The notes beneath the pieces are model-generated. The model saw only the letters and a list, made by a program, of their open reading frames with translations, made no database searches and had not been told where the DNA came from. This document shows positions 28,124-34,577 of a DNA stretch of 37,288 nt, in pieces (within the stretch, counting starts at the first letter, position 1; each line of letters opens with the position of its first letter). A program made the position numbers and the translations under genes. The stretch is from the IMG/VR virus record IMGVR_UViG_3300003969_000010, positions 1 through 37,288 of that record, one strand, 5' to 3'. Origin of the DNA: a virus. Lineage: Duplodnaviria; Caudoviricetes.

Positions 28124-28387
28124 ATGGGCGCACTGCACTTTCTAGACCTTGATCCATTGCCTGACGCTCTGCGATCGGGCACAGTTCACCACCTGGAGTT
28201 GTATGAGACAGGGGGCGAACTGTTTATCAAGGTATCGCTAGCGGCACCTACAGGACATGACCAAGCCTACTGCCAAGACCAAACACCTTACACCGCACCA
28301 ATCACAGCATCAATGCGGGTAACCACCACCCAATTGGTGCAGATTGAGCGTGCGATGGCTGAATTACGCGCCCGTATAAGCGCTTAG
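28124..28387 (+). CDS. Hypothetical protein (87 aa)
   Basis: AAGGAG RBS; follows the WYL/TerB-like gene in the same orientation. Confidence 0.65.
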   Translation: MGALHFLDLDPLPDALRSGTVHHLELYETGGELFIKVSLAAPTGHDQAYCQDQTPYTAPITASMRVTTTQLVQIERAMAELRARISA

Positions 28388-28915
28388 CCAATGGCGCGCT
28401 GCCAGTGCATAGACTGCCATGTCTAGCTGCGGCGCGTCTAGGAGATGGCTAGGAAAGCAAGAGCTTAGCTCTGCCTGCATGGCTGCCACATCAACAAAAT
28501 ACACGGTAAACGACTGAGGGTGCACTACACCACCTTCATTAACGTCAACTAAGCGGGCGTGCATGGTTTCTTTACTTACAACCCCGTTAGCGAACCCTTT
28601 AACTGCAAGCAACCTCGGAAGTCCGGCGTTTTGATGCTGCATTACAAACCTGCAAACCTCGTGGGAAAAGTGGCCACCGCTGTCAATAGCTGCCGCTGAC
28701 ACTGGCATGCACGTAACCCCGTCCACACACACGGGTCTGGAGAGCTCGAACAACAACCGTTCCCACGGTATGGGCTGACGCGTATCAAAAAGCAAACGCA
28801 CACTACCAACACACATCGCGCCACTGCCGCCAAAAACCCAACAGCAAACATCTATATGGCCATGGCCCACTTCAACACCCGCGCAAACGCGCAGTTCTTT
28901 GCCAACAAATTTCAT
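28364..28915 (-). CDS. Stand-alone degenerate paralog of the GpA terminase nuclease domain (183 aa; alternative start 28936)
   Basis: Collinear motif matches to the C-terminal domain of terL in this window (see findings). Confidence 0.8.
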   Translation of the reverse strand: MKFVGKELRVCAGVEVGHGHIDVCCWVFGGSGAMCVGSVRLLFDTRQPIPWERLLFELSRPVCVDGVTCMPVSAAAIDSGGHFSHEVCRFVMQHQNAGLPRLLAVKGFANGVVSKETMHARLVDVNEGGVVHPQSFTVYFVDVAAMQAELSSCFPSHLLDAPQLDMAVYALAARHWLSAYTGA

Positions 28916-28961
28916 AAAACCCCCGTCCGGCGACATGCCGGTATAAATATTTTAATCAAAT

Positions 28962-29004
28962 ATCAGTGGCACTGTTGACATAAAATATAATTGCCACTAA
29001 TAAT
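28962..29004 (+). promoter_or_regulatory. OL/PL-like region: two operators and an early promoter
   Basis: ATCAGTGGCACTGTT (28962) and ATAATTGCCACTAAT (28987), 25 bp apart, matching the OR consensus; TTGACA at 28975-28980 with TAATAAT at 28998-29004. Confidence 0.75.
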
Positions 29005-29044
29005 TCACTCCAACCCGCCACATTTCGGCGGAAAGGAGTGAAAA

Positions 29045-29542
29045 GTGCAAACCACCACAATTCAGCGCAGCGAGGTCGAAGCGCTTCTCTACCGGGCGGC
29101 CACTGGCCTACTGGGTAACTTAGCTTTTGAGGCCGAGCGCAAGCACGACACTTACGACTTTTGGCAGGGCTATGCCAAAGCCCTGCGTGATCTGCAGCGC
29201 GGCGCTGGCCAAGGTCTGGCAGACAAAGATGCAGCGCTAGGCGGCTATCAGGGCGGTGGCATATTCAGGGCTGCAGCCCGTGTCTTGGGTAATGACCTCT
29301 ACGATTTGCCCCGTGCTGAGGTTGCGCAGCGCATAGCAAACGCTGGAATCAAGTTCTCCTTGCATGCGGTGTCCGATTGCGATGAGGCTGCCGCCTTGGT
29401 GGTCATAGACGGTGCAGTCGCCGCCATCGATTTGCACGACGAACATCCCATTTCGTTGGTTGATGCGGACGATAGTTCCCTTGACCAGCATGCTTTCTCT
29501 CCCGTTGATGCGGCCATTGTGGCGCAAGGCGGTGCAGCGTGA
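29045..29542 (+). CDS. First gene of early operon, hypothetical
   Basis: AAGGAG RBS, GTG start, GTGA coupling to the next gene; the 3' half overlaps an antisense ORF. Confidence 0.55.
   Translation: MQTTTIQRSEVEALLYRAATGLLGNLAFEAERKHDTYDFWQGYAKALRDLQRGAGQGLADKDAALGGYQGGGIFRAAARVLGNDLYDLPRAEVAQRIANAGIKFSLHAVSDCDEAAALVVIDGAVAAIDLHDEHPISLVDADDSSLDQHAFSPVDAAIVAQGGAA
29237..29491 (-). CDS. Hypothetical beta-rich protein (84 aa), nested antisense
   Basis: GGAGAG RBS before ATG 29491; MLVKGTIVRINQRNGMFVVQIDGGD... reads like a small OB-fold-type protein. Confidence 0.55.
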   Translation of the reverse strand: MLVKGTIVRINQRNGMFVVQIDGGDCTVYDHQGGSLIAIGHRMQGELDSSVCYALRNLSTGQIVEVITQDTGCSPEYATALIAA

Positions 29543-29961
29543 AGTTCTCAACCCTCCCACCGTTTCACGCGACTGGCAAGGTCCAAGTCTTCAAGCATGG
29601 GGACACCTCGCCAACCACCACCTTAGTGGTGGGCTGCTACGCCACTGATGCTTGGGCCATCGGCAGCGCCATGGAGCGCGCCGCCAAGTGGGCTTTGCAG
29701 TGTGTAGGCGCACCAGCGGCAGAGCTGGACAAGCTCTACTTTGAATACATCGGTACCGACACCCTGGTGGCGCTGGAGCCGCGTGGCGCCAAGCCCCGCT
29801 TTGATGGGAAGGTGGAAGCCTTCTTTGACTCGGGCCCAGACATGCCCAAGCGCGCCACCCTCATCCGCCAGCGCCGCCTGCTGCCCATCGAGCACCACGA
29901 CGCCCGCGCCATCTACGCCAAGCCAGCACCGGCAAAGCAAGAACCTGTGGTGGCCGCATGA
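29539..29961 (+). CDS. Hypothetical early protein
   Basis: Start/stop overlaps with both neighbours. Confidence 0.65.
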   Translation: MKFSTLPPFHATGKVQVFKHGDTSPTTTLVVGCYATDAWAIGSAMERAAKWALQCVGAPAAELDKLYFEYIGTDTLVALEPRGAKPRFDGKVEAFFDSGPDMPKRATLIRQRRLLPIEHHDARAIYAKPAPAKQEPVVAA

Positions 29962-30257
29962 GCCGCCCGATAGTTGACACCATCACAAGCTGGGCACTGG
30001 CGCTGCTCATCATCGGCATATACGCCGCCATGCAGCACCTAGACGGCCCCGCCGACCACCGCGCCGAGTGGGCAGCATCTGCAGCGGCGCAAGACGCTAT
30101 CAAAAACGAAGCTACACGCGCACGGTTTGCCAAGGCTGCAGCCCAAGTTTGTGGCAATGCCGACTTTGTGGAAGTGGACGCCACCACCATCGAATGCATT
30201 CCGCGCAAGGGCTCCAGCAAGGGCAGCGCAGTGCAAGTGGCGGGGGTAGCACCATGA
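29958..30257 (+). CDS. Hypothetical membrane protein
   Basis: N-terminal hydrophobic segment; ATGA coupling. Confidence 0.65.
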   Translation: MSRPIVDTITSWALALLIIGIYAAMQHLDGPADHRAEWAASAAAQDAIKNEATRARFAKAAAQVCGNADFVEVDATTIECIPRKGSSKGSAVQVAGVAP

Positions 30258-30490
30258 CCTGCATGCAAACCCGCTGTGACCAGCTTGGCATATGCCATTG
30301 CCCCGCACCTGTGCGCCAGCACCTAGCCCTGCACGCCGACGACGCCGAGCCGGGCCGCGACGTACTGCCTGACTACATGAGCAGTTGGGAATGGATAGCC
30401 GACCTAGGCCGCACCGTAGTTGCTGCGGTGGCCGTGGTTGCGGTGGTGGGCAGCGCCTTGGGTTACTTGTACGGGCGGTGGCCACTATGA
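30254..30490 (+). CDS. Hypothetical protein, Cys-rich N-terminus and C-terminal TM
   Basis: MTCMQTRCDQLGICHC...; ATGA coupling at both ends. Confidence 0.6.
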   Translation: MTCMQTRCDQLGICHCPAPVRQHLALHADDAEPGRDVLPDYMSSWEWIADLGRTVVAAVAVVAVVGSALGYLYGRWPL

Positions 30491-30684
30491 GCGACCACAA
30501 CATCAAAAGCATCGAGCAGATTGAGCGCGAAGCCCGCGCCGCTGCCAAGCAATACACCAACCTTGACGAAGCCTGCCCCTACAGCTTCTACACCGAAGCC
30601 GGGCGCACGTTTAAGCGCGCATTTCAGCAAGAGCGGCTGGCCATGGGCAGCAGCAAAACCACCGCAACCAAGGCCACCACATGA
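30487..30684 (+). CDS. Hypothetical early protein
   Basis: MSDHNIKSIEQIEREARAAA...ACPY; ATGA coupling. Confidence 0.65.
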   Translation: MSDHNIKSIEQIEREARAAAKQYTNLDEACPYSFYTEAGRTFKRAFQQERLAMGSSKTTATKATT

Positions 30685-31307
30685 GCTGGATACTAACCAG
30701 CGAAGCCCGCGAGCACCAGCTCGCCGGCGGCGCAGCCACCCACCCCGACAACCTGCCCGGCATACGCGAGATAGCGCACAGCCTGGCGCAAATCAACCGT
30801 TACACCGGCCATGCCAGCCGACCTTACAGCGTAGCCGAGCACTCGCTACTTGTGTGCATGCTGGCCAAGGCCGATGGCGCCCCCACCGAGCTGGTGCTGG
30901 CAGCTCTGATGCACGATGCGCACGAGTGCATTACTGGCGACACATCGAGCCCAGTGAAAGAGGCGCTGGGCGCCGTGTGGCACGAATTTGAATGGATGCA
31001 CCAGCGCCACCTGCTGGAAATGTATGAGTTGCTAGATACCTTTGTGCAGCACAAAGCAGATATCAAGAAATGGGATTTGGTAGCACTGGCCACCGAGCGG
31101 CGCGACCTGATGTGTTTTGACGCAGCGCTGCACCGCCCATGGCCGGTGATTGACACCCCCGGCCGCCAGCACCTGCCCGCCAGCGTCAACCTAAACACAC
31201 CCCAGCGCCGCATGAACACCTGGGAGACTTGGGCGTGGCTGTTTGAGAACGAAGCAAGCCTGCTGATGGAGCGGCGCATGGCAGCAAAGATGAAAGCTGC
31301 AGCATGA
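30681..31307 (+). CDS. HD-domain phosphohydrolase (YfbR/YfdR-like deoxynucleotidase family)
   Basis: IAHSLAQINRYTGH, YSVAEHS, LMHDAHE..TGD..SPVK, D...LATERRDL. Confidence 0.88.
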   Translation: MSWILTSEAREHQLAGGAATHPDNLPGIREIAHSLAQINRYTGHASRPYSVAEHSLLVCMLAKADGAPTELVLAALMHDAHECITGDTSSPVKEALGAVWHEFEWMHQRHLLEMYELLDTFVQHKADIKKWDLVALATERRDLMCFDAALHRPWPVIDTPGRQHLPASVNLNTPQRRMNTWETWAWLFENEASLLMERRMAAKMKAAA

Positions 31308-31540
31308 GCCAGCGCCCCATCATCCAGCCCGCGCCATGGCCCGGAGGCAAGGCCCGCAGCATGGGCGGTGCCTTTGATGAGCTTTACCGTGAGCGCGCAC
31401 CACTGCGTGCAAGCAAGGCCAAGAAGCGCAACGCCAACCAAAGCCACCAAGCCAAGGTGCTGCGCGATCTAGACAACAGCGCCCCTGCGTTCAACACCAC
31501 GCAAGCTTCACAAAACCGCAATAGGAGGATAAAGGCATGA
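31304..31540 (+). CDS. Hypothetical basic protein
   Basis: ATGA coupling at both ends. Confidence 0.55.
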   Translation: MSQRPIIQPAPWPGGKARSMGGAFDELYRERAPLRASKAKKRNANQSHQAKVLRDLDNSAPAFNTTQASQNRNRRIKA

Positions 31541-31770
31541 CCGAGCGCATCATCAACCTGGACATCAACGAGAAGGGCGCATGGCGCCGCATCACCAGCT
31601 TCGACCTGGACATGTTTGAAGACGGCGACCTGGAGCACTGTGCACACAGCCTGCTTGAGCTCAGCCAAAACAAAAACATCAAGGCCCGCCTGATCATTCC
31701 GGGCGACACCGCGCCGCTGATGTACTGGAGCCATGGCGATGGCTGGCAGGAATGGAGGGCTGCAGCGTGA
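31537..31770 (+). CDS. Hypothetical protein
   Basis: AGGAGG upstream; coupled start/stop. Confidence 0.65.
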   Translation: MTERIINLDINEKGAWRRITSFDLDMFEDGDLEHCAHSLLELSQNKNIKARLIIPGDTAPLMYWSHGDGWQEWRAAA

Positions 31771-32099
31771 AGATTACCGTGAAGCCCGTTGAAATGCTTT
31801 TGATTGAAGACCTGCCACGGCTTGACCCGGTACGTGTAGTTCTTGAGAACTTTGAGCCAGGCAAGGGCCGAATCATCATCGTCTGCTTTGACGCAGCATG
31901 GGTTGGCTACTGGGGCGCAATGGGTGGTCGGTCGGTGCAGGACTTCTTTGTAGGCTGCGATGCAGGATACCTAGCCTCAAATCTTTTAAGCGCCGGCAGT
32001 CTATCCAGAGCAAAGCGACACGAAACCTACTTAGTACGAATCATCGCGACTGTGCAAGAAGCGTTGCGCGAGCGTGCAAAGCAAGAAGGTGCGGCATGA
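31767..32099 (+). CDS. Phage hypothetical protein
   Basis: GTGA coupling; LDPVRV.LEN..PG.GRIII.C...AW..YWGAMG pattern recalled from phage early regions. Confidence 0.7.
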   Translation: MKITVKPVEMLLIEDLPRLDPVRVVLENFEPGKGRIIIVCFDAAWVGYWGAMGGRSVQDFFVGCDAGYLASNLLSAGSLSRAKRHETYLVRIIATVQEALRERAKQEGAA

Positions 32100-32467
32100 C
32101 GACATCCCCCTTCATCCACATGGCCTGCAGCCTCACCCTGCAGCCCGTTCGCACCTGGAAGGCCGAGGCCGATGCCATCGAGCCGGGCCTTAAGCGCACC
32201 GAGCGCATCCGCCGCCTGCTCAAGGCCACTGGCGCCGCCATGACCGACGCCGAGATTGCATGGGACATGGCCGACCACTTCCCCAACTTCGGCACGCACC
32301 TGGTGTGGCTGCTGCTCAAGCACGACATATCCAAAGGCCGCGTGCGCCAGATCAGGCCGGGCCTCTACCGCTGGAACGACGAATACGACACGGCCGAGGC
32401 CGCCGCCGTGCGCGACGCAATCAAGCTACTCAAAACCCACGGCTACCGAGTGAAAGCACCCACATGA
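32096..32467 (+). CDS. Hypothetical protein, possible winged HTH
   Basis: IRRLLK....AMT..EIA...GRV; ATGA coupling. Confidence 0.6.
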   Translation: MTTSPFIHMACSLTLQPVRTWKAEADAIEPGLKRTERIRRLLKATGAAMTDAEIAWDMADHFPNFGTHLVWLLLKHDISKGRVRQIRPGLYRWNDEYDTAEAAAVRDAIKLLKTHGYRVKAPT

Positions 32468-32964
32468 ACCACCGCCAACACCGCGCCCCGAGCGCACAAA
32501 AACGCCAATCCATCAACCTGGTGCGCAACCCGGTATGGCGCTGCCTGTCCAAGGCGCCGCTAGACCAGGCCAAGCAGACCAGCGTGCAGCTTGCAGGCGT
32601 CAGCGCGTTTGCAGAAATCATCCACGGCCATGGCAACCTGCACCATGTAGACGACTTGGCCATGGTCTGCAACGTCAGCACCATGCTATGCGAGGCAGGC
32701 CACCAGGCAGAGAGTGAGCTGAAGGTGCGCATGGCGCACGACGCACTGGTGCGCATGACGCAACGCCACGTGCAGCAAGGCAAAAGCCTGGGCTTTGACG
32801 GCCCCGGCGCACAAGCCGTGCGCGACCTGCTCCAGATCCACGACACCCAAACACTTACGGCAGGCACTGTGGCCGTAGCCGACGCCATTCTGGCCGTGCA
32901 CGCCCGCATTGATGCGGGGCACGTGGACCGCATCAGCACATCCATTCACTCCACCACCAACTGA
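32464..32964 (+). CDS. Phage hypothetical protein
   Basis: ATGA coupling; helical protein with GFDGPG.QAVR.LL.IHD.Q motif. Confidence 0.65.
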   Translation: MNHRQHRAPSAQKRQSINLVRNPVWRCLSKAPLDQAKQTSVQLAGVSAFAEIIHGHGNLHHVDDLAMVCNVSTMLCEAGHQAESELKVRMAHDALVRMTQRHVQQGKSLGFDGPGAQAVRDLLQIHDTQTLTAGTVAVADAILAVHARIDAGHVDRISTSIHSTTN

Positions 32965-32973
32965 AAGACACCC

Positions 32974-33573
32974 ATGAGCCACAACCTCACAATTCCAGTG
33001 ACCGCCTCCCTGAAGCTGGAGCTGGACAGTCCATCCAACGAGCTGCTGGCCCTGCTGCAGCGCATGCAAGGCGGCAATGCCGCGCCAGCCGCAGAGCCAC
33101 TGACCGGACAACAAACACCACCAGCGCACGGCGAATACTGGACCAACCAAGGCGGCCACTACATCTGCACCCTGCCCGCACTGATGGGCCTGCCCGCGCG
33201 GCACCTGATTGCCGGCAAAGAGCAAACCAAAGCCACATTTGGCCCCTACGAAGAAGTTACCGGGTGCAGCAGCCATATCGACGGCCCTGCCAACACCAAG
33301 GCATTGCTTGCCCACGGCGGCCACCCTGCAGCCCAATGGGCCGCAGCGCACACCGCAGACGGCCATAGCGACTTTCACCTACCCGCCAAGCTGGACCTGG
33401 TGATGGCCCACATCTGCGCCCCCCAGCTCTTTGACAAAGAGGGCTACTACTGGACCAGCACCCAGCTCAGCCGCGGCAGCGCCTTTGTTCAGGATTTTGA
33501 GCTCGGCAGCTCAGGTTGGAGCTACGAGGGCTACGAGCACAGGGTTCGAGCCTTCCGCTGGATTCCACTTTAA
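32974..33573 (+). CDS. DGR target protein 1 (DUF1566/CLec-fold-like, 199 aa)
   Basis: DG.ANT, GHSDFHLP, YWTSTQ, RVRAFR motifs; VR1 at the C-terminus. Confidence 0.9.
   Translation: MSHNLTIPVTASLKLELDSPSNELLALLQRMQGGNAAPAAEPLTGQQTPPAHGEYWTNQGGHYICTLPALMGLPARHLIAGKEQTKATFGPYEEVTGCSSHIDGPANTKALLAHGGHPAAQWAAAHTADGHSDFHLPAKLDLVMAHICAPQLFDKEGYYWTSTQLSRGSAFVQDFELGSSGWSYEGYEHRVRAFRWIPL
33460..33558 (+). repeat. Variable repeat VR1
   Basis: 99-bp ungapped match to TR; 15 mismatches, all opposite TR adenines. Confidence 0.96.
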
Positions 33574-33596
33574 CGCTTGACCACTTCACCCCTTAC

Positions 33597-33611
33597 ACCG
33601 GCGCAGCCGGT
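33597..33611 (+). other. Post-VR1 hairpin ACCGGC-GCA-GCCGGT (putative homing element)
   Basis: 6-bp perfect stem with a 3-nt GCA loop; identical copy after VR2; not found after TR. Confidence 0.8.
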
Positions 33612-33641
33612 TCGTTTTTAATTTTAACCAGGAGCAACTTT

Positions 33642-34157
33642 ATGAAACCTCACCCCATCACCCTCCCGGCCTTTGGAGCCCTTATTCCAGGCCAAGGCGG
33701 CTACTTTGCCGGCATTCTGCGCGGCCCCACTGTGGACGGTATTGAACAGCCGCCGTATGCCCTGCTGGTGTCAGACACCACCAAAGGCGAGTTTGAGGAT
33801 GTGCAGTGGGGCGAGTACGGCAAAAGCCTAGATGGCGCCATGCACCGCACAGACGGCAAGGCCAACACCAAAGCCATGGCGCAAGCGAAATGCCCTGCCG
33901 CCCTCAAGGTGCGCGACCTCACCATAGACGGCCACAGCGACTGGTATCTGCCAGCCCTAGGCGAAATGAACACCGCCCACGCCAACGTGCCCGAACTTTT
34001 TAGCACCAGTGGGTGGTACTGGACTAGCACCCAGCTCAGCCGCGGCTTCGCCTTTGTTCAGGATTTTGAGTACGGCGGCTCAAGTTGGAACCTCAAGGAC
34101 AACGAGCGCAGGGTTCGAGCCTTCCGCCGGGTTCAACTTGAACTCTTGAACGCTTAA
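33642..34157 (+). CDS. DGR target protein 2 (DUF1566/CLec-fold-like, 171 aa)
   Basis: AGGAG RBS before ATG 33642; paralog of target 1 (GQGGYF, DGKANT, GHSDWYLP, YWTSTQ, RVRAFR); VR2 at the C-terminus. Confidence 0.9.
   Translation: MKPHPITLPAFGALIPGQGGYFAGILRGPTVDGIEQPPYALLVSDTTKGEFEDVQWGEYGKSLDGAMHRTDGKANTKAMAQAKCPAALKVRDLTIDGHSDWYLPALGEMNTAHANVPELFSTSGWYWTSTQLSRGFAFVQDFEYGGSSWNLKDNERRVRAFRRVQLELLNA
34029..34127 (+). repeat. Variable repeat VR2
   Basis: 99-bp ungapped match to TR; 13 mismatches, all opposite TR adenines. Confidence 0.96.
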
Positions 34158-34167
34158 ACCCTTTAAC

Positions 34168-34182
34168 ACCGGCGCAGCCGGT
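34168..34182 (+). other. Post-VR2 hairpin ACCGGC-GCA-GCCGGT
   Basis: Identical to 33597-33611. Confidence 0.8.
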
Positions 34183-34202
34183 TCGCTCGATTTTTTGACA
34201 CC

Positions 34203-34577
34203 ATGGCAATCTACTCCGAACTCCCAATTTACAAGCACGGCTGCGACCTGTTGGCGCTGGCGCTGGATGTCCAAGTCCAGATGCCTCGCGCCTTTAAGCG
34301 CACCCTCGGTGAAAAAGTTCACGCCTTGTGCGTGGACATGCTGGAGCAGATGGCCATGGCCAACGCATCGCGCGGACTGGACAGGCTGGAGCAAATTGAC
34401 AAGCTGCTGCAACACCTGCGCGCCGCCACCGCCATGCTGCGTGTGAGCCACGACAAGCGGCTTATCTCACCCAAGCTATGGGCGGCATCCGTTGAGCTGC
34501 TGGACGCCGTTGGCGCACAGGCAGGCGGGTGGCGCAAGCAGACTTTGGCAACTCTTTCCGCAGCGCCTGCTGCATGA
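34203..34577 (+). CDS. avd: DGR accessory variability determinant (four-helix bundle)
   Basis: 124 aa, LPIYK...L, MPR.FK.TLGEK, C-terminal GGWRK; located between the targets and TR/RT. Confidence 0.85.
   Translation: MAIYSELPIYKHGCDLLALALDVQVQMPRAFKRTLGEKVHALCVDMLEQMAMANASRGLDRLEQIDKLLQHLRAATAMLRVSHDKRLISPKLWAASVELLDAVGAQAGGWRKQTLATLSAAPAA

Noticed and set aside
31304-31540. PWPGGK resembles the N-terminal motif of Dam-type methyltransferases
   Set aside because: Only 78 aa, with no SAM-binding or DPPY motif seen; insufficient support.
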